Source of the DNA: a virus
Strand: one strand, 5' to 3'
IMG/VR virus record: IMGVR_UViG_3300048925_000129
Length of the DNA stretch: 64,000 nucleotides
The translations under genes were made by a program, and so were the position numbers. Below, piece by piece: positions 18,377-28,767 of this stretch (position 1 is the first letter of the stretch; every line of letters begins with the position of its first letter). The notes beneath the pieces were generated by a model, which had not been told where the DNA came from, did no database searches, and saw only the letters and a program-made list of their open reading frames with translations.

Positions 18377-19972
18377 ATGGTTGGCTATAAAGTAACAGAT
18401 TCAGATATTGAATTGATAAAAGAACTGATGCAAAAGCATCATGACAATATTACCAGGGCTACAAAAGAGTTCTGTGAGAAACTAGAAATTGTATTTACAG
18501 ACTCTAGTAGAAAAAGAGTTTCCAGTCTTCTTCATTCAGCGGGATATTTTCCTGAAACTGACGAAGAGGTAAAAGATATTTCAGTATTAGACAAAGACTA
18601 CTTAATTGCTAAAGAAAGGGTACTTCCAGAGTCTAAATATTACATCATAACATGGGAGCAAAATGAGACTCCTTTACATTCCAAGCTTTGGAGAAACATC
18701 TTAGCCTATAAAGACTTCTTAGGAGCGGAGCTGAGTGTTATTCTTGGTAGGTATCAAAACCCAACATCTGTGTTTAGAGATGTACAACATGAAAGTTGGA
18801 ATCCTGCTACTAAGCCATACTGGGATACCAATAGGCACGACATCCATAAATACCTTACAATTTTGGGAGATGTTAAGATTCAGCCAACGGCTGCTAATCC
18901 ATTGACAGGTTTAGAGTCTATCTCAGGAGAGACTACAACCATCATAGGACACCCAAAAATGCATTTAAAACCTGTTCCAGTATTGGAGGGTCACCCAAAA
19001 AAGATATTGCTTACAACAGGAGCTATTACACTCCCAAACTACACAGACTCTAAATCAGGTAAAAGAGGTGAATTCCATCATAAACTTGGATTCACTATTG
19101 TTGAGATAAAGGATGAGGAAATATTCTTTATCAGGCAAGTAGAAGCAGATGAATCTGGAAACTTTATTGATCTTTATCATGAGGTTAAAAATGGAAAGGT
19201 AAAACAGGTTCCAAAAGCTGAAGGAATTGTCTGGGGAGATACACACGTAAACTCCTTAAACCCAGAGATTCTTGAACCTACAGAAAATCTTATAAGAGAC
19301 CTTGGAATTAAAGTAGAAATTCATCACGATCTAAGTGATGGTATTTCGGTAAACAATCACATTACCAATAATCCAGTTGAGCAGCATAAAAGGTTTATGA
19401 AAGGTTTAGATAGTGTTGAGGTTGAACTCCACAGAACAGCTAACTTCTTGAGAAGAAGACCTGACACTTTCAAAATCATAGTTCAATCTAATCACAATGA
19501 TAGATACGATAGATGGATAATCAACCAAGACTGGAGAAAGGATATTCCAAATGCTATTCCATTTATGAAGTATGGATTAGCTACTCTACAAGGTAAAGCT
19601 GATAAAGGGATTCTTGCATTCTTCCTGGAGGAACAATTCTCTGACAAAGAAATATTGTGCTTAGACTATGACGACTCATATATCTTAGGAGGGTTTGAGA
19701 TAGCACATCATGGGCACATTGGTTCAAATGGTTCTAAAGGATCAATTGAGCAGTTTAGAAAGATGTCGATGAAGATGATCATTGGACATTACCACAAACC
19801 TATGAGATTAGATAAAGTTCTGGCAGTTGGGACTTCTACCCATTTGAGAGAGGGGTACAACAAAGGAGCATCAGATTGGATGAACTCACATGTCATCATC
19901 CACAGTAACGGGACAGCCCAACACATTATATTCATAAAAGGAGAATTTACAACCTTCAAGAGAGAGCTTTAG
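18377..19972 (+). CDS. T5 A1-like metallophosphoesterase-fold nuclease
   Basis: TTGAITLPNY..K.G....FHH, GDTH, SNHND, HGH.G.NG..GS, GHYH and GYN.G.S.W motifs recalled from the T5 A1 family. Confidence 0.75.
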   Translation: MVGYKVTDSDIELIKELMQKHHDNITRATKEFCEKLEIVFTDSSRKRVSSLLHSAGYFPETDEEVKDISVLDKDYLIAKERVLPESKYYIITWEQNETPLHSKLWRNILAYKDFLGAELSVILGRYQNPTSVFRDVQHESWNPATKPYWDTNRHDIHKYLTILGDVKIQPTAANPLTGLESISGETTTIIGHPKMHLKPVPVLEGHPKKILLTTGAITLPNYTDSKSGKRGEFHHKLGFTIVEIKDEEIFFIRQVEADESGNFIDLYHEVKNGKVKQVPKAEGIVWGDTHVNSLNPEILEPTENLIRDLGIKVEIHHDLSDGISVNNHITNNPVEQHKRFMKGLDSVEVELHRTANFLRRRPDTFKIIVQSNHNDRYDRWIINQDWRKDIPNAIPFMKYGLATLQGKADKGILAFFLEEQFSDKEILCLDYDDSYILGGFEIAHHGHIGSNGSKGSIEQFRKMSMKMIIGHYHKPMRLDKVLAVGTSTHLREGYNKGASDWMNSHVIIHSNGTAQHIIFIKGEFTTFKREL

Positions 19973-19984
19973 GCTCTCTTTTTT
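19960..19984 (+). terminator. intrinsic terminator
   Basis: agagagc...gctctct followed by a T run, overlapping the stop. Confidence 0.8.
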
Positions 19985-20006
19985 GTTTTGATTAAATTTT
20001 ATGTTT

Positions 20007-20039
20007 TTTGTAATTTGATAAAATTTTCTTATATTTGCA
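20007..20039 (+). promoter_or_regulatory. Bacteroidota housekeeping-sigma promoter
   Basis: TTTG-N19-TATATTTG. Confidence 0.75.
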
Positions 20040-20061
20040 TTTCATAAAAAAATATTTTACT

Positions 20062-20760
20062 GTGACAAATGCAAAATTTGTTTCTAGGGTAGTTAACGGC
20101 TTGAAGGCTCTGAATGTAGATGCCCACATTAGTAAAAGACACATCTTAGAAATAGGAAGAAATAAATCAAAATTCTATATCTCACAAAAACTACTTGATA
20201 AATCTCTTTTCAAGGAGGATAACTTATTTAGATCTCTGAACTGTTTTAGGTTATTTGATGAAGACAGGATTAAATGTGGAATCTACGAGTTTGCAAGATG
20301 TGAATCTCTAATGAAATCAGCAAAGAAGATTCCTGGACTTGTTTATAGTAGATATGGGGCTTCTATAATTTCCATTACTTCGATTGATGGACTAACTAAA
20401 TTTGTCCCTACAACCCTGTCTAATTATGGGTTATTTCAAGACAGATCTAATGCTAATAAATTCAAAGATAGAACTAAGTTTTTTTATATCAAGGATGGAT
20501 ACCTTTATTTACCTAACTCAGAGATTGAGATGGTAAACATAGTTTACATTCCATACGATGAATCTGAATTAGATAAAGTTTCTGAATGTAGTGAAGCTAA
20601 TCCATGTGAGTCAATGTGGGACAGGGAATTTATTGTTCCTGATAAACTTGGAGAACAGGTAATATCTGAAACTGTGAATGAAGTATTTACTGGAAACAGA
20701 AATACCAAAGACGAGAATCCTAATGGAGATAATAACATAGTAAGTTCAACTACAAGATAA
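20062..20760 (+). CDS. putative tail ring protein (crAss-like)
   Basis: Start moved to GTG 20062 because the listed TTG lies inside the promoter; YI.DGYLY motif; position before the tail tube and muzzle genes. Confidence 0.55.
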   Translation: MTNAKFVSRVVNGLKALNVDAHISKRHILEIGRNKSKFYISQKLLDKSLFKEDNLFRSLNCFRLFDEDRIKCGIYEFARCESLMKSAKKIPGLVYSRYGASIISITSIDGLTKFVPTTLSNYGLFQDRSNANKFKDRTKFFYIKDGYLYLPNSEIEMVNIVYIPYDESELDKVSECSEANPCESMWDREFIVPDKLGEQVISETVNEVFTGNRNTKDENPNGDNNIVSSTTR

Positions 20761-21239
20761 TGAAGTTTTTAACCGAAGACAACAGGGAGGTAAATTATTA
20801 TGACAGAAGTAAATCTTGGTTGAAGTATAAGGAAAAGACTAAGAACAGACCAAAGTACCATAAAGTAAGAGAGGAAGCAACATACAGAAAAATTATTGAT
20901 ACAGTTTTAAGAGTACTTAGAGAAAGGTGGGTAACAACTACTGGAGGAATTTATATGAGAAATATGGGTTATTTTGCAGTGTATAGAACCCCCCATAAGA
21001 CAGTCTCTCACAAGAATAGATTTTCTTATGTTGACAGACTTATAACAGATGGTTATATGTACATTCCTAGTCATTTCACTACACTTAGAAAATCAGATGA
21101 TTTCTTTGGCTTTAATTTCAATGAGACCTTCCCTCACAGAATGACCCAGGATCTTTACAAGAACCTTAAGGAGGGTAGAAGATATACACTTAATTACTTC
21201 TTACTGAAGGAGTATCTAAAAAATAGAACAAACCTATAA
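20760..21239 (+). CDS. basic HU/IHF-like protein
   Basis: Helix followed by GIYMRNMGYFAV strand motif; same slot as IHF-like genes in crAss-like tail operons. Confidence 0.45.
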   Translation: MKFLTEDNREVNYYDRSKSWLKYKEKTKNRPKYHKVREEATYRKIIDTVLRVLRERWVTTTGGIYMRNMGYFAVYRTPHKTVSHKNRFSYVDRLITDGYMYIPSHFTTLRKSDDFFGFNFNETFPHRMTQDLYKNLKEGRRYTLNYFLLKEYLKNRTNL

Positions 21240-22099
21240 TGACATTTACCGAGTTCCTATCTGATTTAAAGGTAGAATTTAGACAATATTACGATGCCAA
21301 TCTAATTGATGACCTGCTTGTTTATAAGTGGGTCAATCAGGCTTTAAAGAAGTTTGGTGCAACTATAATGGTTGAACAAGACTATATGGTTTCTGTGGAG
21401 AATAACCAAGGTAAATTACCTGAGGGATTTTTCCAGTTGAAGTCAGCCATTCTCTGTGAACCTGATTTTATCCAATGTAGAAAAGAAGATGAAAAAGTTC
21501 TTTTAAACTCTTTCTTTTGGACTGATGTAGTTAGGAAACAGAAATCCTGGGACATCTGTACTGATGACTGTTGTGAGAATGCAGTAGAAGAATTTACCAT
21601 CAGAGAAAAGACTTATATGAATGAGTGTGCAATTACAAAGGTTTATAAGAGCCCAATGCCGCTAAGATTAGGAAAATCATTCAAATCAAGCTATTGTGCA
21701 CCAGATTGCCTAAACAAATATACTTCAAGAGCTGCAAATGAGATTAACATTGTGGGAACAACTCTTCAAACCAACTTTAAAGATGGAGAAGTTTATTTGA
21801 AGTATAAAGGACTAGAGCTGGATGATGAAGGGCTTGCAATTATTCCTGAAACTCCAAAGGGGGAAGTATCTACTTATGTGATGGTTTTTGTTAAGAGAAA
21901 CATCTTAGAGTATATTCTAGCTAATGGAGAAGACACAAACATAATTACAATATTCCAATACTATAACCAACAAGTACAATCACAATTAGGGTTAGCTTTA
22001 ACGGATGCCAAGTTCAGCAGCTTAACTCCTAGATCAATGTACAAATTAAAATTAAGACCTTACTTAGAAAGGCAAGTATTCGAAAATAGAATTCACTAA
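21239..22099 (+). CDS. tail tubular/ring protein (crAss-like)
   Basis: LQTNFKDGEVYLKY.G...D.EG...IPE motif; directly precedes the muzzle gene. Confidence 0.6.
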   Translation: MTFTEFLSDLKVEFRQYYDANLIDDLLVYKWVNQALKKFGATIMVEQDYMVSVENNQGKLPEGFFQLKSAILCEPDFIQCRKEDEKVLLNSFFWTDVVRKQKSWDICTDDCCENAVEEFTIREKTYMNECAITKVYKSPMPLRLGKSFKSSYCAPDCLNKYTSRAANEINIVGTTLQTNFKDGEVYLKYKGLELDDEGLAIIPETPKGEVSTYVMVFVKRNILEYILANGEDTNIITIFQYYNQQVQSQLGLALTDAKFSSLTPRSMYKLKLRPYLERQVFENRIH

Positions 22100-22101
22100 A
22101 C

Positions 22102-25100
22102 ATGCAAAATAACCAAAATAGTATCTACATTCCAACAATGGGAATGGATAGAGATTCTCACCCTATAAGACTAAAGGACGGATCTTATACTTTTGCAAAA
22201 AACATTTCAATAGAAGATTCATCAGGTAACGGTATTCCAATCGTTCAAAATGAGCCTTCTAATATTTTATGTCAAGAAATCAAGGGTGGAAGAAACGTAA
22301 TAGGGTTTAAGTATGAACCTTCTTTAAGAAAGACGTTCTTATTTATTACTAACACCATTACCAATGTTTCAGAAGTAGGTTATATTAGTCATGATAACTA
22401 TACATACAACCAGGAAGGAGAAATCCAAGATTGTAATTGTGAGCCAAGTATAGAGCTTGGAACACCTTTAGAAGATCTGATAGAATATACAGAGAATTGT
22501 GAGTATACCATGCTTATCTCTGATGGATGTACTCAGGCAAACAAATGCTTAAACTTCTCAATAAATCACCCAGTAAAACCAAATAACATAGTTTTTAAAA
22601 ATGAACAGTGTGGTAAAAGATTATATTGGACTGATGGTTACAATCCACCTAGATATATTCACTTAGAAGAATTAGAAGAAGGGTTTGCAGGAGACAAATG
22701 GAAGACTAACAGGTATTATCATAATGGAGCTTTAGTTTGTAAACAAGAAATTGATTTAGTTCAGACTTGTTTAAACTGTGAGGCTTTAAAGATTTTTCCT
22801 GATTTTTCTATTCCATGTATTGATATCAAGACAGTAGTAGCAGGAGGTAATCTTTTTGAAGGAACTTATGAGTTTTACATTGCATTTTGTGATGAAGAAG
22901 GAAACGAGATCTCTAACTATTACTCACATACATTCCCTACTCCTATTTTTAACTTCGAAAATGTTGTGGTTGATTCATGGGATATGTCAAGACAGACAAC
23001 CTATGGGATTAACATAGAAATGTCTTATTTAGATACAAGTTTCTCATACTACAAAATAGTGTGTGTTTTCAAAAGTGCCCAAGGCCAAACTGAAAGGTAT
23101 TATGATTTAGGAGTTTTTCCTATTTCACAAACTGTTGTTGCCATTTCTACAATGGGTAACTCTAAAGATATCACTTTATCTAAAATCATCACTAAGAAGC
23201 AGGAAGTAGCTGTAGTTGACAAAATGTCAGAAGCTAATGGATTCCTATTCATGGGAGGATTAACAGCTAAAACTCCACTAAATTTACAACCTATTGTAGC
23301 TTTAATGGGACCATTTGCTAGATGGAACACTTTAATAGCAAATGAGAAGTTGTATAAGAATGCAGCCTTCTCACAGAAGTTTAGAAGTTATATGAGAGAT
23401 GAATCTTACACTTTCTCATTGACTTTCGGTTATTCAGATGGTACTGAATCAAGTGATTTCATTTTGATTAACAGAGGACCTTATACGGCTGCTGATTACC
23501 AAGCTCTAGGACAAACTATGCCTGGAGACTTAACAGTGGTAGTAAATAACTCTGGAGATGTTCCAGTACCAATTGGTAATGACAAAAACGTAGCAGCTAT
23601 GCTTAATAGTAATTTAGCTTGCTTTGATACAAATAGAATTTACAGATGGCAGTACTATAACACTGCTTTAAATAAAGGTATGTCCCTAGCAAGTTTAGTG
23701 GACACAGATATTGATTTATCTAATACCACAGGATTAATTAAAAGGGTAATTCATTCTACCTGTTCATCAGTTGACTTGAATGGATTGAACATAATTCCAG
23801 ATACGAACATCAGAATAGATGGAGACTACCAGTTCTTTAATGGAACACCAGCAGAGTATCTGAATTCTCACTATGCAGACTTTACAAATCCTGGATATCC
23901 ATTCTATTCATCTTATCTTCATGAATTTTTGAAGTTAACTAGATATAATGGTTTAGGATGTTTCTACACATTAAGTGGAACTAGTAGTAATTGTAATAAT
24001 TTCATTTTGGAATCAGAGAATGTTAACTTCTCTCAAGCTGATTTTGTTACTCTTACACCAACTATGTTGCCTTTCTCTAACTACACTTATATGCAGTTAG
24101 ATTATGTAGAGACTCAGTTTACTAATGGTAACAGGGTAGTAGATACTACCATGAGTACAGCTCTTGGGTTGAAAGGGTATCCACAGATTCAATTAAGAAT
24201 TGACACTCAATTAGGGTATACATGTGCTACATCTATTGCTGCATATTCACTAAATAACATCACCCCAGTAGATACTGATGGTTTTATTTTTAAAAATTTA
24301 GGTACTACTATTGATAATTACACTCCAGACTTAGTTTTCTCAGAATATATCACAGGATCTATGCCAGATACCTATGAATATTCATTGAGACCTTTGTATG
24401 TAAGTGGTAGTGGAATTAAAATGAATGATGCTCCATTAGGTTCTAAGTTTAAATCATCGAATGAAGTATGGAAATTCTTAAAAGTTAAGCAACAATTTAG
24501 TACCAATGTAGCAAAAAATGCCCAATGGTTTAAACTAAATAGCTTAGATACATATCCATACCTGCAAATTAACTTTAAATCTTTAAGTTCAGTTCCTATT
24601 AGTGATTCAGATTTGAATGTTTACTATGTAGTAACAGGAGAAACTGATGTTACAATGAATAGATTGGGTAAAGTTAGAATGTCAATCTTTGATGGGTGTG
24701 CTACTTCAGGTAATAAAACTGCTATTCATTCACAATTTTTCAACTTGACAGACAATCCATTAATTGATGTTAAAACCATTATTAATAATTTAGGATTAAT
24801 AACTAATAAATCGTATATAATTTCTTTTGATTGTCCTATACAAAGAGTAGAAAAACAGATTATAAACTTCACTAGAAGATACCATTCTGATACTCCTATG
24901 CAAGAAAACCAGATTCCACAAGGTGCATACTTACACATGGAAAAAATGGGTATGGGTCAAAATACATACTATAGAGCTAGAAACTTTAACCAAAATGATC
25001 AACCAGCAACTACATGTATTGATCCTTTAATTCAAATGAACCCAATAGCATGGTCAAGCTCTGGTAACTATACCGAACTTGGAGTCTGTACTGGACCAAT

Positions 25101-28100
25101 TGAATCATTATTTGTACCACCTCCAGCCCCAGTAGCCGATGGCTTTATTTGGACGACTACTTCTCTAGAGAATTCCTTTATGGTAACTCAGAGAGGTGAG
25201 GAGGTTGATTACTATGATTTGACATTATCTAATGCTTTAATAGCTAAAACTCAAGAGTTTCAAAAAGATTGTTACTATAAGGATATTACAGGACAGGTTT
25301 GTGATTATGAAAACTATGAAAATGGTATTTTTGCCTACACAGAATCTACAGAAACTTATCCAGATAATCCTTACCTGTTTGATGCAAGTAAATTACCTAC
25401 AAAGATTACTGAGCAATTAGTAAACTCATCAATTTCAGAAACACTAGGAAGTGGAATAAATGACTTTGATATTTTTGAAGGAGTTAAATTTAAGGACCTA
25501 TTTAGATTGAACTTTGGGTCCAATTCTAAGTTTGTAGAGGATGCCAAAATAGACTTCACTTGTAAGCCTATTAGACACTTTAAATTTCCAGATAATACCA
25601 TAAGTCCATTCATTTATACTAATGAAGTGTTTGACTTTAATGAGACCTTTATTCACCCTCTAGGTGTGAGTATTGATTCAAATGTTGTAAACGTATTCTT
25701 AAACCTGGCTGTAAAAACAGGTCAGATTACACAAGAGCAAAGAGACTCTATTGTGTATTTCAAAGTTAACAGAGGTACTAGAGGAATTAACAGAACAGTT
25801 CTATCTAAAGGTTTCTTGTCAGATATGATTAAGTATTCTGATACAGACGGCCCTGAGAATTATTATTCAAATTTTCCATATAACTCACTAAATAACAAAG
25901 AGTTAATATATGCAAATGGAACGAGTCCAATCTCTCATCAAAATGGTAAGAAAGGAAATAGTAGATTCTCTTTCATTTCTCCAGAAGTTATGAGTGGAGT
26001 TTCAGTAACTCCTACTGAATTTAAACTAGATGGATATGTTTATGGTGGAGGAGTGAGACAGGCTGACGAAGTTAAAGAACATGCTTTAATGACTGTATTA
26101 ACTCAGAATGCTAAAGACCTAGCTATAAAGTTAGGTAAAGCTGAAGCATCTTTTGAGCTTGCCATGAATATTGCTAATGGATTACTCAATAGTGTTGAGG
26201 CATTTGATATGTTCTATGGATGGACTGGGGTTGGTATCAATATTGGTGGTATGATTAATTTTACTTTAGGTATGGGAACTTTGATTGCTTTTGAATCGTC
26301 AGAGTTCAACAGAAAACTTTACAGTTATGCCTATAAGTGGATGGAAGCTTTTAAAGAAGCAGGTAAAGGAGCAAACTTTGCTTATTATCTTGCCAGTTCA
26401 GGCTACTATAATAATTTCTCTCCTTTGGATAGAATGTCTCAGGAGCAGCTTAGAAGTCTTAGAATATCTAAGGTACTAGAAGATGGAAATTATCAAATTA
26501 ATCATGACTTTGGTACAGTTGTTGATATTAACAATATTGATAGGGAAAAATCTATGTATCTTTACATGGGACCAAATTATCAAACAAATGGATTCACCTA
26601 TCCTGACGATTACATTGGGAAAGACAATTCAAATAAGGAACCAACTGAAGATGTAATTAAGAAGAATGAATCATTAAATATAGCCAATCTCTACGGAGGT
26701 CTTAAAATATATAATCCAGCTCAATATGGAAGAATACACAATATTACTTGGGTTCCAGTTCCTGGATGTTTCTATTTAAAGAATGATGATATCAACATTT
26801 TTTTTGGAGGTGACACATATATTTCTAGGTTTTCTTATAAGAAGAAATATAACTTCTATTTAGTTACAGAACTTTGGCAGAAGAATTATACTCCTATAAA
26901 GTATTCCAGATATGATAATGTAGGTAAGAATAAGTATTTTATTGATTATGATTCTGAGGTTACTGATATTGGAAGTTATGGATTACCATTTGCTGATTCA
27001 GCTTATAGACTTCAGTTTAAACAAGAACATGGTAAGTATGTAGATGGGGGTAGATTCTACCATTATGAATATGGATTCCATGATCAATTAGTAGAATCAG
27101 AGATTAACTGTTGGACAAGAGTAGCACTCCCACAAGCTAAGGATAATTTCTTCCCGAACTTCCCAGACTTTATGAAGTTCACTCAAGAGACTTATTTAAG
27201 CATTAGAGAAAGAGAATCCTTCTTGTATAACAATGTTTATAGTAATGAGGGAGTTAGATATGTAGGTAGATTTCTACCAGACAGTTACGAGCCAAAATTC
27301 TATAATTGTATTAATAACTCACCAAGTGGAATCATAAGATCTCAAGTAGATAGATCAGAAAAAAGAAAAGTTGATCCTTGGTTAATTTACAAAGCATTAG
27401 ATTTTGATAACTTTAAAGCTGCTTATGGTAAGTTCATCTCATTAAAATCAATTGAATCAGAACAATTACTAGCTCTATTTGAGCACAAGTTAGTTCTTTT
27501 AAATAAGATTGATGTTATCAGAGAGAGAACTACTCCAGAGAATGTAGATCTTGGACAGGGTATATTTAATACCAGACCAATTGAGTTTCATAGTACAGAT
27601 AATGGTTATGGAGGATCTCAACACTCTGACATTTTAAGTAATGAATTTGGTCACTTCTATGTAGATGCAAGAAGGGGCCAGGTGTTTCAAGTTGATCCAA
27701 ATGGGGAAAACATGACTGAAATTACTACAGGAGTTAGAAACTGGTTTAAAGAACATCTACCATTTAAAATATTAAGAGCTAATATTGATGGATTAACTGA
27801 TCTAGATCTAGATAACAACTTTAAAGGAATAGGTATTACTCTAGGATGGGATTCTAGATATAAAAGAGTATTTTTAACTAAATTAGATTACGTAGTTAAA
27901 CCTGAATACAAAGGTAAATTAGAATATAGAGAGATAACAGATGGTAATTCTCTGATTGTAACAAAGGTAATTGTAGATAAAGTAACAGGGCAGGAAGTAA
28001 AATTCTCTAACAGAAATGTTTTTACACCTGCTCACTTTACTATTGCATACAACCCATTGTTTAAAACTTGGATATCGTACTATGCATTCTCTCCAAATTA

Positions 28101-28767
28101 TTACATTTCATATGATAACTACTTTAGAACAGGATTAAACGAGTCAAATAATGTAGTAGGTAAAAGTAATGATGGTATGGTTAAAACAGGTATATGGTCT
28201 CACCTATTGACTAATAAGTCTTATGGTGTATTCTATGGTAAGAAACATTTATGGGGTGTAGAGATTGTTTCAAAAGAACAATTTAATCAGAAGATCATGT
28301 CCGATGTCAACTACTGGCTAGATTCCCTAGTGTACCACAATGATTATGACTATGCTCAGAATACAAACTTAGGTTTAGATTCAGCTATTATCTATAATAA
28401 TACTAACAATTCAGGTAAACTGAATTTAATTAGAAGACAGGAAAATAATAGATTCCAGTACACTAAGTATCCTATCTATAATACAGATGGAAGCTCAGAT
28501 ATTCTGGCATCTTATGATGAAGGAAGTTGGAGATTTAATGACTTCTTCAACAGAACCATAAATGAAAATAATAATGTTCCAATTTGGAATTACGATATCA
28601 ATGCTATCGACAAAGTAATCAATCCAAGAGCTATCTCATTCAAGAGAACCTGGTTGGATAGATTAAGAGGAGATTACTTTATGGTAAGATTTGAAGGAGG
28701 TAGTGATACAAGATATAAGCAAATTTTCAAGTGGAATTATAACAACGAACAAATAGTAGTATCATAA
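22102..28767 (+). CDS. tail muzzle/stabilisation protein
   Basis: 2221 aa; GM.RD N-terminus, LYWTDGYNPPRYI, EFGHFYVDARRG and WISYY.F.P beta-propeller-like motifs typical of crAss-like muzzle proteins. Confidence 0.75.
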   Translation: MQNNQNSIYIPTMGMDRDSHPIRLKDGSYTFAKNISIEDSSGNGIPIVQNEPSNILCQEIKGGRNVIGFKYEPSLRKTFLFITNTITNVSEVGYISHDNYTYNQEGEIQDCNCEPSIELGTPLEDLIEYTENCEYTMLISDGCTQANKCLNFSINHPVKPNNIVFKNEQCGKRLYWTDGYNPPRYIHLEELEEGFAGDKWKTNRYYHNGALVCKQEIDLVQTCLNCEALKIFPDFSIPCIDIKTVVAGGNLFEGTYEFYIAFCDEEGNEISNYYSHTFPTPIFNFENVVVDSWDMSRQTTYGINIEMSYLDTSFSYYKIVCVFKSAQGQTERYYDLGVFPISQTVVAISTMGNSKDITLSKIITKKQEVAVVDKMSEANGFLFMGGLTAKTPLNLQPIVALMGPFARWNTLIANEKLYKNAAFSQKFRSYMRDESYTFSLTFGYSDGTESSDFILINRGPYTAADYQALGQTMPGDLTVVVNNSGDVPVPIGNDKNVAAMLNSNLACFDTNRIYRWQYYNTALNKGMSLASLVDTDIDLSNTTGLIKRVIHSTCSSVDLNGLNIIPDTNIRIDGDYQFFNGTPAEYLNSHYADFTNPGYPFYSSYLHEFLKLTRYNGLGCFYTLSGTSSNCNNFILESENVNFSQADFVTLTPTMLPFSNYTYMQLDYVETQFTNGNRVVDTTMSTALGLKGYPQIQLRIDTQLGYTCATSIAAYSLNNITPVDTDGFIFKNLGTTIDNYTPDLVFSEYITGSMPDTYEYSLRPLYVSGSGIKMNDAPLGSKFKSSNEVWKFLKVKQQFSTNVAKNAQWFKLNSLDTYPYLQINFKSLSSVPISDSDLNVYYVVTGETDVTMNRLGKVRMSIFDGCATSGNKTAIHSQFFNLTDNPLIDVKTIINNLGLITNKSYIISFDCPIQRVEKQIINFTRRYHSDTPMQENQIPQGAYLHMEKMGMGQNTYYRARNFNQNDQPATTCIDPLIQMNPIAWSSSGNYTELGVCTGPIESLFVPPPAPVADGFIWTTTSLENSFMVTQRGEEVDYYDLTLSNALIAKTQEFQKDCYYKDITGQVCDYENYENGIFAYTESTETYPDNPYLFDASKLPTKITEQLVNSSISETLGSGINDFDIFEGVKFKDLFRLNFGSNSKFVEDAKIDFTCKPIRHFKFPDNTISPFIYTNEVFDFNETFIHPLGVSIDSNVVNVFLNLAVKTGQITQEQRDSIVYFKVNRGTRGINRTVLSKGFLSDMIKYSDTDGPENYYSNFPYNSLNNKELIYANGTSPISHQNGKKGNSRFSFISPEVMSGVSVTPTEFKLDGYVYGGGVRQADEVKEHALMTVLTQNAKDLAIKLGKAEASFELAMNIANGLLNSVEAFDMFYGWTGVGINIGGMINFTLGMGTLIAFESSEFNRKLYSYAYKWMEAFKEAGKGANFAYYLASSGYYNNFSPLDRMSQEQLRSLRISKVLEDGNYQINHDFGTVVDINNIDREKSMYLYMGPNYQTNGFTYPDDYIGKDNSNKEPTEDVIKKNESLNIANLYGGLKIYNPAQYGRIHNITWVPVPGCFYLKNDDINIFFGGDTYISRFSYKKKYNFYLVTELWQKNYTPIKYSRYDNVGKNKYFIDYDSEVTDIGSYGLPFADSAYRLQFKQEHGKYVDGGRFYHYEYGFHDQLVESEINCWTRVALPQAKDNFFPNFPDFMKFTQETYLSIRERESFLYNNVYSNEGVRYVGRFLPDSYEPKFYNCINNSPSGIIRSQVDRSEKRKVDPWLIYKALDFDNFKAAYGKFISLKSIESEQLLALFEHKLVLLNKIDVIRERTTPENVDLGQGIFNTRPIEFHSTDNGYGGSQHSDILSNEFGHFYVDARRGQVFQVDPNGENMTEITTGVRNWFKEHLPFKILRANIDGLTDLDLDNNFKGIGITLGWDSRYKRVFLTKLDYVVKPEYKGKLEYREITDGNSLIVTKVIVDKVTGQEVKFSNRNVFTPAHFTIAYNPLFKTWISYYAFSPNYYISYDNYFRTGLNESNNVVGKSNDGMVKTGIWSHLLTNKSYGVFYGKKHLWGVEIVSKEQFNQKIMSDVNYWLDSLVYHNDYDYAQNTNLGLDSAIIYNNTNNSGKLNLIRRQENNRFQYTKYPIYNTDGSSDILASYDEGSWRFNDFFNRTINENNNVPIWNYDINAIDKVINPRAISFKRTWLDRLRGDYFMVRFEGGSDTRYKQIFKWNYNNEQIVVS

